Part shown: positions 10,430-23,630 of the stretch, piece by piece
Layout of the letters: each line of letters starts with the position of its first letter
Position numbering within the stretch: position 1 is the stretch's first letter
From: Dipteris shenzhenensis
Taxonomy: Eukaryota
Strand: one strand, 5' to 3'
Length of the DNA: 64,000 nucleotides
Assembly (NCBI GenBank): GCA_047967505.1
Contig: CM106538.1
Notes under the pieces: generated by a model
What the model saw: only the letters and a program-made list of their open reading frames with translations
Database searches by the model: none
Told to the model about the DNA's origin: nothing
Translations under genes and position numbers: made by a program

Positions 10430-13400
10430 ATGGATCAGCGTTCAGAAGCCTCTACACCCACTGCTCGTCCTTCATCCTCCTCTAGTCATCTTCCTTCTTC
10501 ATTTATTCCCAATTTTCGTGAAGCTGGAAAGCTCGATGGGACGAACTATCCAAGCTGGAAAGTCAAGATCCGAAGCCATCTGTTGGCATCGAAGCTGTGG
10601 AAGATAGTGATTGGGACCGAGGAGAAGCCGGAGGACATTGTGGACAAAAGAGGTGAAGTTCTATTTGAAGCAGATGCGGATGAACTCAGTGCATGGGAGG
10701 AGAGGGATGCTCAAGCCTTAGCAATGCTAATTGACACGACAGCAGATGCTGTGATTCCTCATATCCAATTGGCAAAGACGTCTTCAGAGGCGTGGGCCAT
10801 ACTGAAGCTGTATGAAACCGATAATACAGCCCGTATCATTACTCTTCTGCATCAGCTTTATAACCTTGATATGAATGAGGGTGATAGTGTGCATGACCAT
10901 CTGACAAAGGTGAAAGTCGTGCGGGACCAGCTCGCAACAGTTGGTCAGAAGGTGAACTCGAGTCAATTGGTGTTGCTCACACTCCACAAGTTGCCACGGA
11001 GTTTCAAAAGTTTTGTGACTACGGTCACTGCGGGTGTCAACGGACTAAGCCAATCACCTTTGAGGAGCTTGGCCCACTCCTGCTTCAAGAGGAGCCTTGA
11101 GAGAAACTCTTTACGCAAACCGACGAGAAGGCATTAGTGGCCAAAGACAAGCCTGGAAAAGGCAAGCCAAAGGAGTTCAAGAAGTCAGAGGACGCTGACC
11201 GAAAGAAGAAAATGAAGTGCTTTTACTGTGAAAAGCTTGGGCACTCCGCCAAAGAATGCCGAAAGAAGAAGGCAGATCAAAAGCGAAAGAGAGAAGCCAG
11301 GAACAAAGAAGAGCCTAAGAATGATTCTGCCAATGTGACGCCTGGACAGTTTTTTTTAATCAGTGAACATTGTTCAACGTATGCAATCAGTGAAGGAAAA
11401 GAGGGTTGGTATGTTGACAGTGGTGCTTCAAAGCACATGTATAACAAAAAGACTTGGTTCAAAACCATGGAAAGTACACACCCGGATTCCAAAGTTTCTG
11501 TCCGGGATAGCCGAACGTGTCCTGTGAAGGGCATCGGTAGCATTTCTTTCATTACAACCGCGGGTGAGGAGAAGGATATCTCTGGAGTCAAGGAGTTGAA
11601 GAGAACGGACTGTACTGCCTCAGTGCAATGTTGGTTCATGAACACAACGGAAAGTCCAAACTTTGGCATGAGCGCTTCGGTCACGTCAGCTATGGAACCT
11701 TGGCTGAAATGTCAAAGTCGAAGATGGTGGATGAACTTCCACCAATTACAAGCAAGGATGGTGTCTGTAGGGCTTGTCTAGAAGGCAAGCAGCACAGGGA
11801 CAAGTTCCCACAAGAGGCCTCGTTTCGGGCCAGCAAACCACTTGAGTTGGTTCATGCCAACATTTGTGGCGCAATGTCTACAGCATCGTGGACAGGATCC
11901 AGGTACTCACTTCTCTTTGTGGATGATTTCAGTAGAACCTGGATGTATTGCTTGGCCAAAAAGTCACAAGCTTTCGAGAAGTTCAAGGACTGGAAGGCCA
12001 CAGTTGAAAAGGAGACAAGGGAGGATGTCAAGACGTTCCGTACAGACAGGGGGGGAGAATTCACCTCAAATGAGTTCAACACATTTTGTTGCAAGCATGG
12101 GATCAAGCGACAACTCACCACAGCACATACTTCTCAACAAAACGGGATAGCCGAGAGGAAGCATAGAACCACCACAGAGACAGGGCTTGCTATGCTCCGA
12201 GGTAGGAACCTTTCTAAAGCCTATTGGAGTGAAGCTATCAATACAGCCATACACATTCTCAACAGGACCAAGTTGAAGGCCGTCAAGGACAAGACTCCAT
12301 ATGAGGCATTTTATGGTAAGAAGCCCTCTATCACTCATCTTCGCATTTTTGGTTCTAACGCATAGGTGCATGTGCACAAGGAAGACAGGACCAAGCTTGA
12401 TTCCCGGAGCAGAAAATGTATCTTTGTTGGGTATAGCGAAGAATCCAAGGCCTATCGACTCTTCGATCCAGTAAAGAAGCAGATCCTTATCAGTCGGGAT
12501 GTTGTCTTCGAGGAAAAGGAACCTAAACCCTAGGAGGAGCCTCAGATTGAGGAGGAGGAGATTGTTCAACCCCCGAACCCACCCCGCCCCAGGTTGACCA
12601 TCCAAGAGGTGGCGAAATCGGAAGCTAATGTTCCACAAGGTACTGAGGAAGAGCAGGATGTTCCAAAAGCAATTCCAGTTCCTCCTCCCACTGAGAAGCA
12701 GAAGAGGTTACCCCAATGGTACCTACGGACATTGGAAGACTCTCGGGTCACCAAATACCTGAGAGTAGCAATTCCAGATTGCGACGGTCCCAACGTCTTC
12801 AGAAGACCCCATCCGTGAATTTTGCGTTGGTAGGAGGCGAAGGACCATCCAGAATGGCAGGCTGCCATGCAAGCAGAGATGGATGCTATCCTGAAGAACA
12901 ATACCTGGGACTTAGTGGCCACGCCCCCGCGACGGAAAGTCATCGGCACTAAGTGGGTATACAAACTTAAATACAAATCAGACGGCAGCTTGGACAAGTA
13001 TAAAGCAAGGCTAGTGGTCAAAGGTTTTGCTCAAACTGAAGGCATGGATTTTGATGAAACTTTTGCTCCCACAGCTTGCATGGTTACTATCCGGACAATG
13101 ATTGCCCTTGCTGCCCAATTCCAGTGCCTATTTTTCAAATGGACGTGAAGTCCGCATTCCTTAATGGAACCATGGAGGAGGAGGTATACGTAGAGCAGCC
13201 ACCGGGCTTTCAAGATCCAAGGTCCCCATTAAAGGTCTACAGGTTGAAGAAGGCGCTATACGGGCTGAAACAGGTCCCCAAAGCTTGGTACCAAAGCATT
13301 GATGTATTCTTTCAGAAGATAGGGCTAAGTCGGAGCCCTTCTGAGACAAACCTCTACTTGTTCATTGAGAAGGGGTTGCAATTGGTACTCATCCTCTATG

Positions 13401-14337
13401 TTAATATCTTATCTTGATAGGTGACCATGTCAAGAAGATTTCTCAGGTCAAGGAGCTACTCATGTCTAAGTTTGAGATGACTGACCTTGGGTTATTACAC
13501 TACTTCCTTGGGATAGAAGTAAAGCAGGCCAAAGACAGGATCTTCATTTCACAGGAGAAATATTACAGAGAACTTCTGAAGAGATTTCAGATAAAGGATT
13601 GCAGGACAATAGTAACTCCCATGGAGGTCGGGCTCAAGCTAAGTGTTCATGACACATCTCAGCCAATCGATACTCCTTTGTACCAACGATTGGTAGGAAG
13701 TTTGCTTTACCATACCAATACTCGACCTTATATTTGTTATGCAGTAAGGCTATTATGCAAGTTCTCTGCTTCTCCCAGGAAGAGTCATTGGGATGCAGGT
13801 TTATGGGTGCTAAGGTATCTAAAGGGTACTTGCACCTACGGGATCACCTATACCAAAGGCATCGAACTAGGCGGGTTCTGTGACAGTGATTGGGCGGGTG
13901 ATGCTGACACCAAGAGATCAACAACAGGGTATTGTTTTTTACTTGCATCTGGTGCCATCTCTTGGCTGAGTAAGAAGCAACCCACAGTGGCCCTTTCATC
14001 TACAAAGGCAGAGTACAGAGCCGCGTGTACAGCAACTTGTGAGACACTATGGTTGAGGTGGATTCTGGAGGACATGGACGTGTGTCGGGAGGATGCAACA
14101 GTGCTGATGTGCAACAATCAAAGTTGCATAGCCATTGCCAAGAATCCAGTGTACCATGCGCGGACCAAGCACAACGAAGTTCATTACCACTTTGTTCAAG
14201 AGCTCATCATCGACGACGTGATCGAGCTTATGTCCTGCCCGACCGCCGACAACTTATCCGACCTCTTCACGAAGACACTTCCTCGAGAACAGATGGAGCA
14301 CCTCATCAAACGAATGGGGATTGGCCCACAGTTGTGA
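10430..14337 (+). pseudogene. copia-B gag-pol, disrupted by stops, frameshifts and internal deletions
   Basis: ORF pieces with KLDGTNYPSW, CFYCEKLGH, YVDSGAS, WHERFGH, RTDRGGEF, KYKARLV, CDSDWAGD. Confidence 0.92.
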
Positions 14338-14352
14338 CATTGAGGGGGGGGG

Positions 14353-15052
14353 TGTTAGAAACTCACTGTGCCCACCTGTGAGCCCCCGATTTGAGGGGAC
14401 AAGGGGCAGTGAGAGGTAGGAGGGCTGGGGAGAGAAAGAGACTCAAGCCGGCATCATAGGCAACCAGCACACGGGCTGGTTGCAGTCTGCAACAGCAGGA
14501 ATAAAGGGGCTCTAGGCCTCACACAAAGGCACCAGGAGCAGCATTGACTGGCTGCCCAGGGCGCCCTTAAATAAGGGCCTATGGCTGGCCAAGTCGGCCC
14601 AACCAGGGCCACCGACCAGGGCCAACCCTGGTCGGTTTTCTAGGGCCCATGTGGTCGGCCACCAGACAGGGTACCGACCCTGCTGGTCGGTCAACTCAAG
14701 GGGCCTGGGCAGTGCCTATAAAAGGCCTACTCCTCCATTCATTCCAGCGTCTAGTGCAACACTGAAAGCCCCTCTTCAAGGCTGTGTTCAGCACTCAGAT
14801 CTGGAGCAGTTGGTGAGAGAGAGAGTCCATCAATATTCTCCAGCACTTTTTGTGTTTTGTACTCCTCCCTTGGAGCTATTTTTCTGCCCACCATCTGGTG
14901 GATGAATATACTCTCTTTCTCTCTCCGTCCATATTTATTTCTGAGAGAGTGTTTGTTGCATCTGTGATCATCTATGTGAGTTGAGTGTGTGTAAGAGTTG
15001 GAGAGATCTTGGGTGGAGGTTTGAGTGATTCATTCCCTCTTGATTTCTAACT
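14353..15052 (+). repeat. 3' LTR of copia-B (terminal CA changed to CT; ~12-bp internal duplication)
   Basis: Colinear with 9596-10283, with an extra ACCGACCAGGGC near 14610. Confidence 0.93.
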
Positions 15053-16962
15053 AGTGGATGTGTACAACCAAAAGTTTTGGGATGCTTATTTGCACGTTGC
15101 ACCTTTCAAAAAGATCTCCAAAAGAACCCAAATGAGAAAGTACAGCGCAGGTCTCAGTCCAAAAATTCAGGCAGTGGTGAATGCTTGGGGGGCAAAGAAC
15201 ATCTAGGACATTATGCATTCAGCTTCAGCAGCTAGTCTCGTGCCGTTACAAGATCCATCCACAGTGCTATCCTTGCATGCAAGAGGTGTTGAAAGGAAGA
15301 AAGCTGATTTTTCAAAATCAGAAAAGAAAGAGTATCTCAAGGTTGAAAAGAAAAGGTTTCAGCCTCAGAAGCCAAGGGGTACTCAGCTGACAAAGTCATA
15401 TAAAGGCAAATCCCCATTCACTCCTAAACAGATAGCTGAATTTCGTAGAGATGGGAAATGCTTTAGATGTGGGGAAGAGGGGCATATGGCTGTCCAATGC
15501 CCTGAGAAGCCTTCGGGTTCTAAGGAGCAGAAAAAGCCATAAGTACCACCAAGGCCAATGGTGGGAGCTGTCCCATATGTTTCGGGTTGTACCTCAGACC
15601 CAAAGGAGAAAGAACTTTTGTTATCATGGGGAAAGATAAGAGATCAGCAAGCATTAATCCTATTTGATCCACGGTCTGCAGACAATTTCATATCTGAAGA
15701 TTTAGCCCTGAGATTAGGGATAAAAACTGAAGAGCTAGGCAGAGCTCTTGATGCTGATCAAATGTTCCAAGGAAATCCAGTGCAAGTTACTCCTTTGATT
15801 GGAAAGCTTCGTGTCCATGTGCAGAGCTATGTAGATCAGGAGGACTTAATTTCTCCTCTCAAGCAGTATGATGTTGTACTTGGTACACCGTGGTTCCATC
15901 GAAAGTAAGTAACGATAGAGTACCCTGAGAGGGTGCTGAGTTTTATCCATAGGGGAAAAAACCAGCGTTTAGTTGCCAATAATAAAGGGGAAACTATCCC
16001 CATTGTATCTGATGTTACATGTGGTAAAGCAATAAAGTCTGCAATTTCCGCGTACATGGTTTTTGTGAAAAAAAAAGAGAATGATATGCATGCTGAAATG
16101 AATGATGCAAACAAAGATAAATTTCAGTTTCTTGTAAACTTTAAAGATTGCTTTTCCGATGCTTTGCCAAGGGAGTTACCCCGAGAGAGACCAGAAGATC
16201 ATCAAATAAGAGTTAATGCCTAGTAGTGAGCCACCAAATAGACCACCTTATAGAGTCAGTGCGACTCGGAGAGAGAAGATTATGGCTCAGGTGCAGGACT
16301 TGCTGTTCAAAGGTTGATTCAGCCCAGTTCATCTCCTTTGTGCTCACCAGTACTTTTAGTACAGAAGAAAGATGGTTCTTTTCGAGTGTGCATTGATTAT
16401 CGTGCATTGAATAAGATGACCATCAAAAATAGATTTTCGATACCACGCATAGATGATGTGCTTGACCAGCTCAGAGGAGCAACAGTTTTCAGCAGGATAG
16501 ACTTCAAGAGTGGCTATCATCAAGTTAGAATACAACCACAAGATGTGCATAAGACAGCTATTCGCACTACATTCGGGTTGTATGAATACTTAGTGATGCC
16601 TTTTGGGTTGACAAATGCTCCAGCTACATTCAATAGAATGATGGATCCCATCTTCCGAAAGTACAGGCACTTCATGGGTACGTTCTTTGATGATATCCTA
16701 GTCTTTTCAAAGACAGAAGAAGAGCACAGGAAACATCTTGCTTTGGTATTTCAAGAACTTCGAAATCATCAGCTTTTTGCCAATAGCAAGAAAAGTGAAT
16801 TCTTTTTGGAAGAGATCCATTATCTGGGGCATATAATATCCAAGAATGGGATACAGATGGATCCTACAAAGATCCGAGCCATCCAAGAATGGCCTGAGCT
16901 GAAAACTGTGCATGAAGTCCGTAGTTTTTTGGGACTCTACTCCTATTACAGGAGATTCATCA

Positions 16963-17929
16963 TGTCACCACAATGTAAATATCCTAAGTCAAAGTACAGT
17001 TGGCCATTTATCTGATCATAATTAAAGAGTTTCCATTTGTGTTAATTATGATCAAAAAGTTCTTTTAATGGTCAAAGAATAGACTACGGTCAAAGATACT
17101 TGACTCTGGTCAAGTAAACATGACTTCGGCTAGGGAGACTTGGTTTATTACCAAGAGGGTTAACTGCGGTTAACCAGAGAACCACAGAGCTGACTATGGT
17201 CAGAGAGTGTTGACTTCAGTCAACAAGACTTGGCATGCGCCAAGAGGGTTAACTACGGTTAACCAAGATGTGCTAACTTCCGTTGGAGAGATGTGCCAAC
17301 TTCGGTTGGAGAGACTTGACTATAATTAAGGCGCCTCAACCCTTGGTCAAAGCCCCTTAATTATGATCAAGAGCGTTGACTTCGGTCAACCAAAGAATAA
17401 ATATATATTTTTTATATTTGTTATGTGTGCACATGTGTTCAATGGGGACGCCCACCGTGACTAGAATTAGTCCACAGTGTGTTATTTGCATGCAAAGCGC
17501 TAACAATTAATGGATACCATGGTGGTGCGCTTTAATTAATTGTTGCAAGTACTAGAAAGAGTTATTTTCCTAAGCGCTACAAGAGCCTAACAAGAGTCTA
17601 GGAGGCGGTTCGTGTGACCGAGTGCTTCGAAGACTCCAGAGTTGCCCTTAGTGGCATGTAAGTAGGAAAGTAAGGTAGAAATTGACAAGTGGCTTGTTGC
17701 CAAGAAGGGGAGCCTTAGAGCTCATGTAATGATTCATTCACATTTGGATTTATGTATGAACAGCTTTCACGCTGAACTATGTATCCTTTCTTCTCTCAAG
17801 TAATAAAATCATGCGGGAAGGTCCAACCTGACTGTTGTCCTGGGCCCGTGTCTCTGTTGAGAGAGGGAGAGAGAGAGAGAGAGAGAGAGAATGAGTGCGT
17901 CTCTGCTGTCTTTTAAGAGGAGGATTACA
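16963..17929 (+). repeat. LTR of gypsy copy 2 (967 bp), with a (GA)n tract near its 3' end
   Basis: TGTCACC...ATTACA followed by the PBS; fragments of the same LTR at 837-1207 and 8903-9232. Confidence 0.9.
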
Positions 17930-18504
17930 TTGGTATCAGAGCAAGGCTCATGGCCTTCTTAGGCTGTGACGATCGAGTAGTAAGGTGTCGACAAGTGCTG
18001 AGGGGTTGTTGGGCGACCTGACCTTGTTGGAATGAACAATTCGACGGGTATCGAGGAGAAACGGCCTTGCAAATCTTAATTGGAAAAAAACGTTCCATGG
18101 TGTTTAATCATGGCGGTAGAGCAGTGACGGGTCTGCGATTACACTTCCGTCAGTGATTATTGGGACTTGGGCGTATCGTGCATAGGCATTATACAAGGCA
18201 TCAGAGAATCTAGACGGAACGCTAGGCAAGGGCACACGCAGTCACAGCTCCTACCTGATCCCGATGCCAAAGCTCTGTAGATTCTTACTTGTTGTCTGCA
18301 AAGGCGAAAGATAGAGACATGGGCGTGTGACGTCTGACAGAAGACTTTCTAATGGGAATTCATGTGTGTCGTAAGGAGTTTTTGATGTTGTGCGCTAGCC
18401 ACGAGTGTAGATGATCAATTGGCGCTAAGGCGCTATTGCTGGCTAGGCCTGGAGAAAGTGCAAGTCGCGCCATCGTTCCATTTCCATGCAGGAGTCTCAC
18501 AGTT

Positions 18505-18715
18505 GACACGTGGCACACAGGCAAGCAGCCAGAGCTGATGTGGCAGCCAGGTGGCATACATTGCAGATGCTGACCTGACAGATGAATGACGTGCTTGCGA
18601 GACACGTGGCAGTCCACGTAGGCAGGACACGTGGCAAGTGCTGATGTGGCAGGCCTGACAGACAGCTGACATGGTATTGACTCGTGGCAACCAGCTGGAC
18701 TGCTGAGGTGGCAAA
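18505..18715 (+). promoter_or_regulatory. Cluster of G-box/ABRE-like motifs in the gypsy leader
   Basis: Three perfect GACACGTGGCA (18505, 18601, 18626) plus several degenerate GTGGCA copies. Confidence 0.55.
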
Positions 18716-19316
18716 CTCGTGACTAGACTAACTCTGGTTAGTTAACCCTGGTTAGAGGTTCAATTAGTTGGTCTAACCAAACTAGACTGGTTAGTCAAAC
18801 CAGGTCTGACCAACTAACCTTAGTTTTAGTTAACCAAACTACAGATGGTTGAGGTCCAGTTAAGAGCCAACCAGACCAGAGCCAATTAGTCTGGTTAGAG
18901 TAACCAACCAATTACTTCATCTAGTTACTGTCAAAAAAAAACAAAAACAAGTTGCAGAGCCAGTTCTAGCCATCAATTTTCACTTATCTGTCATACTTTT
19001 ACTGTCAAAAAAGCAGCAGAGAAATAGAGAAATCAGAGATTTGCAGAAAAGAGAAAATGTATGCCTTTGTGCTCAGAAAAACACGAATCAGATGCATGCC
19101 CAGTGCTTTTTGCAGCAGCCAGAAAAGGGGCAACACATTCATTGATGCCTTGGCATCCTTGTGGGTATATGCCTTGAGTTGACAGCCCATTACTGGCACA
19201 AGTTGTGAATGCAAGACACCTCTTCTTGAGGTAATTTGAAAAGCAAAGGTTGCGTGCATCAGTTGCATACACAGTGTTTGTGAGAAACTTGCAGATCTCA
19301 GACGAGTAGTAAGAAA

Positions 19317-22300
19317 ATGGCTCAATCACCTATCCAGTGGGATTCATAAGATAGGGATGCACATCCAAGACAGAGAAGTGTGCAGCAAAATCAGCAAGAA
19401 TTTGAGCAGATGGTACGCACTCGTATGTAGGAGATGGAAATTTTCAGAAGGGATCCAAGAGCTCAGCATTTGTTTCAAGCAAAAACTATGCCTAATGCAG
19501 TGTATGATGTGCCAATGCCAAAGGCACACTCTCGTGTACAGCCAAAGAGAGAGAGAGAGAGAGATCTCATAGGGGACGGTCTCATAACAGGAAGAGATCG
19601 AGGCATCATCACCGATCTCCCATTCCTTCACCGTCTTCCTCGAACTCGACTTCTGTATCTTCTTCTTTATCAGATAAACCATCCAAGAAAAGAAGGAAAC
19701 ACAAAAAGTCTAGGAAGAGTAAGTCTTCCAGAAAGACCAAGGAATTCAAAGAGGGAGATAAATCTGTCAAGTTTATGACCTATAATGGACAATATGGTCA
19801 TACAGACAAAGCATTGCAGTTCATCAAGCAGTTTGATGCTGCATTCGGTACAGAAAAGTTTTCAGAATCCTCCAAGTTAAGAATGGTCAGTTTGCACTTG
19901 ACAGCGACAACTAGTGCATGGTGGAGTGCACAGACCACAGATGGGTCAGCCCCAAAGAGGTGGAAGGACTTCAAGAAAGCCTTCTACCAGCAGTTTATGC
20001 CTAAACAGTTTAGAGACCATGTTCTTCAAGATTGGGACAATTTGCATATGGATGCAAGAGATACAGTGGACGTGTCCAACCAAAAGTTTTGGGATGCTTA
20101 TTTGCACGTTGCACCTTTCAAAAAGATCTCCAAAGGAACCCAAATGAGAAAGTATAGAGCAGGTCTCAGTCCAAGAATTCAGGCAGTAGTGAATGCTTTG
20201 GGGGCAAAGAACATTCAAGACCTTATGCATTCAGCTTCAGAAGCTAGTCTTGTGCCGTTACAAGATCCATCCACAGTACTATCCTTGCATGCAGGACGTG
20301 CTAAAAGAAAGAAAACTGATTTTTCAAAATCAGAAAAGAAAGAGTATCCCAAGGTTGAAAAGAAAGGGTTTCAACCTCAGAAGCCGAGGGGTACTCAATT
20401 TTCAAAATCATATAAAGGCAAATCCCCATTCACTCCTGAATAGATAGCTGAATTCCGCAGAGATGGGAAATGCTTTAGATGTGGGAAAGAGGGGCATATA
20501 GCTGCCCAGTGCCTTGAGAAGCCTTCGGGTTCTAAGGAGCAGAAAAAGCCAAAAGTACCACCGAGGCCAATGGTGGGAGCAGTCCGACATGTTTTGGGGA
20601 GTACCTCAGACCCAAAGGAAAAAGAGCTTTTGCTATCGTGGGGAAAGATAAGAGATCAACAAGCATCAATCCTATTTGATCCAGGGTCTACAGACAATTT
20701 CATATCTGAAGATTTAGCCCTGAGATTAGGAATAAAAACTGAAGAACTAGGCAGAGCTCTTGATGCTGATCAAATGTTCCAAGGGAATCCAGTGCAAGTT
20801 ACTCCTTTGATTGGAAAGCTTTGTGTCCATGTGCAAAGCTATGTAGATCAGGAGGACTTCTTAATCTCTCCTCTCAAGCAGCATGATGTTGTACTTGGTA
20901 CACCGTGGTTCCATCGAAAGGAAGTAACAATAGAATACCCTGAGAAGGTGCTGAGTTTTATCCATAGGGGGAAAACCAGCGTTTAGTTGCCAGGAATAAA
21001 GAGGAGACTATCCCCATTGTATCTGATGTTACATGTGGTAAAGCAAAAAAGTCTGCAATTTCCGCGTACATACATGGTTTTTGTAAAAGAAAAAGAGAAT
21101 GATATGCATGCTGAAATGAATGATGCAGACAAAGATAAATTTCAGTTTCTTGTAAACTTTAAAGATTGCTTTTTCGATACTTTGCCAAGGGAGTTACCCC
21201 CAGAGAGACCAAAGGATCATCAGATAGAGTTAATGCCTGGTAGTGAGCCACCAAATAGACCACCTTATAGAGCCAGTGCGACTCAGAGAGAGGAGATTAT
21301 GGCTCAGGTACAAGACTTGCTGTCCAAAGGGTTGATTCAGCCCAGCTCATCTCCTTTTTGATCAGGAGTACTTCTAGTACAAAAGAAAGATGGTTCTTTT
21401 CGAATGGGCATTGATTATCGTGCATTGAATAAGATGACCATCAAAAATAGATTTCTGATACCACACATAGACGATGTGCTCGACCAACTCAGAGGAGCAA
21501 CAGTTTTCAGCAGGATAGACTTGAAAAGTGGCTATCATCAAGTCAGAATACAACCACAAGATGTGCATAAGACAGCTTTTCGCACTACATTCGGGTTGTA
21601 TGAATACTTAGTGATGCCTTTTGGGTTGACCAATGCTCTAGCTACATTCAATAGAATGATGGATCGCATCTTTAGAAAGTACAGGCATTTCACAGGTACT
21701 TTCTTTGATGATATCCTAGTCTTTTCAAAGATAAAAGAAGAGCACAAAGAACATCTTGCTTGGTATTTCAAGAACTTTGAAATCATCAGCTTTTTGCCAA
21801 TAGCAAGAAAAGTGAATTCTTTTTGGAAGAGATCCATTGTCTGGGGCATATAATAACCAAGAATGGGATACAAATGGATCCTGCAAAGATCCGAGCCCAA
21901 CCAAGAATGGCCTAAGTTGAAAATTGTGCATGAAGTCCGTAGTTTTTTGGGACTTTGCTCCTATTACAGGAGATTCATCAGGCATTTTGCTGATATCGCA
22001 GCTCCATTACATGACCTTACTAAGAAAAATGCAGCCTTTACATTGGGAATATCACAGAAGAAAGCATTCAATACACTGGAGGAGAAGTTGACTACAAAGC
22101 CTATTCTTGTAGTCCCGGATCTTTATCAACCTTTTAATGTTGATTGCGATGCTTGTGGAGAGTGTGTTGGGGCTGCATTACATCAGAATGGACATGTAGT
22201 AGCATACGAGAGCCGAAGATTGCGTGATGCTGAAAGATATCTGGGAATCTATGAAAAAGAATTGTGGGCTGTAGTTCATGCTATGAACACATGGAAGCAC

Positions 22301-22471
22301 TATCTTTTGGGTGCAGATTTACTGTTAAAACAGATCACCAAAGTCTGGACAATACTTTCTGAGAAGCATATGAAATGGGCAAATATGCTGTCAATGTATC
22401 ATTTTCAGATTGTCCATACCCCAGGAATTCGGAACAGAGTGGCAGATGCCTTGTCCCGAAGACCCCAAGTC
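19317..22471 (+). pseudogene. gypsy copy 2 gag-pol (disrupted)
   Basis: ATG at 19317 in frame with ORF 19434 through two stops; Retrotrans_gag-like 19775-20443; protease ILFDPGSTDNF; RT YHQVRI/FFDDIL; RNase H CDACG...EKELWAVV. Confidence 0.88.
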
Positions 22472-22529
22472 TCTTTTTCCAAAGTGACTCAAAGACGCAC
22501 AAACTTATAGAAGAACTCACGAAGTTAGT

Positions 22530-22960
22530 TTGTTTTTTTTAGAGAAAGTACCAGCTTTGTTATTATATAGAGCCTTATTAGAGCCCCCTCCTCCCTAGCC
22601 TTCATAAATTCAAGAAACTCTCTTTTCTTTTTCCTATTAGTTCTTGGATATAGGTAATTTAACCATTTTTTCGCTTCTGCTCGTCCCACCCTTAGCCATC
22701 CCAAGTGATATTTGGCTGAATGCTGCCATGCCAAAGGTGATCATTCAACACTTGGCAAAAACCATACCCCAAACGGATACCGCAAAAATCGCAGTTGTGA
22801 GTTTATCTTTCACTACATCATGAACAAAACACGAGTCATTTGTGCATTTCTTCATTTTGTTCACCTCTCTTTAAATGTCTAGTGCATAATATGATTACAT
22901 CATCAGGTTTCACTCTTCCTTTGAATCTCCGAAATTTTGGTCTATTTCCCCAAAATTGCC
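22530..22960 (-). mobile_element. Possible 3' end of a decayed LINE
   Basis: Minus strand ends in TTTCTCT plus A8; weak W-rich motif AVSVWGMVFAKC; no catalytic motif. Confidence 0.25.
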
Positions 22961-23201
22961 AATCTTATGACTAATTATGCCACTATCTAAAATGGACAAG
23001 TATCTCTGTTATTTCTACCTCAAAATTTTGTAGACCTATAATTTTAAGCCATTTAAGCATTACAAAAGTGTTAATTGTAAGACTCTTAGTGTTCTCTTTA
23101 GTTTGCATGTCTATCTTATGCACTTCATGTTCTAGTCAAAGGTAGAGTCTTTTCAAGATTGGAGTCATGGAGTCTACCTCCTCTCCCAATTTGTTTGGTC
23201 T

Positions 23202-23348
23202 ATGCATAGACCAATGGTAAACAAATATTAACAAAGAACACACTCAAAACCCATGATTGGCCATACGACCATCATGCATAGACCAATGGTAACAAATATT
23301 AACAAAGAACACACTCAAAACCCATGATTGGCCATACGACCATCATGC
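23202..23348. repeat. Tandem duplication of a 72-bp unit
   Basis: ATGCATAGACCAATGGTAA...CCATACGACCATC twice, differing by one A. Confidence 0.9.
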
Positions 23349-23630
23349 TCTTGCTCTATACAAATGATGTGTTTCTTTTCAAGATAGGGCATAGAAGACA
23401 ATGCTATTTCATCTTGTTAGCATTTTTGCCGCCACAATGCACTTTCTATATGCGTAGGTGAGACAAAGTTCATAATTGCAAAGACTCCCCTCCTTAATGC
23501 TCTTCTATAAGGGTAATGAAGGCAAAGAGTGACAAACTTCTAAGGACGGTGGTCTTGTCCATTCACAAATAGCACAAATGTATAGACAAGTGCACAACGA
23601 AGTACCATGAGTATTATGCTTCTTGAACAT

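Larger units (their letters stand above)
9596..15052 (+). mobile_element. Ty1/copia LTR retrotransposon (copia-B) nested in the gag of gypsy copy 1
   Basis: LTRs 9596-10283 and 14353-15052; TSD AGTGG (9591-9595, 15053-15057); PBS TGGTATCAGAGCCA at 10284; PPT GAGGGGGGGGG at 14342-14352; host gag reads through when the element is removed. Confidence 0.95.
8903..16962 (+). mobile_element. Ty3/gypsy copy 1 (degenerate): LTR fragment fused to gag, interrupted by copia-B, then gag C-terminus, protease and RT, truncated at 16962
   Basis: 8903-~9232 matches LTR 17422-~17752; 9234-9595 plus 15053-16962 are colinear with copy 2 (19708-21980); motifs [30 protein letters not shown]. Confidence 0.9.
16963..22471 (+). 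mobile_element. Ty3/gypsy copy 2 (Met PBS, chromovirus-like), 3'-truncated after RNase H
   Basis: LTR 16963-17929, PBS TGGTATCAGAGC at 17931, ~1.4-kb leader, gag-PR-RT-RH; homology stops at NRVADALSRRPQV; no integrase or 3' LTR seen. Confidence 0.9.
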
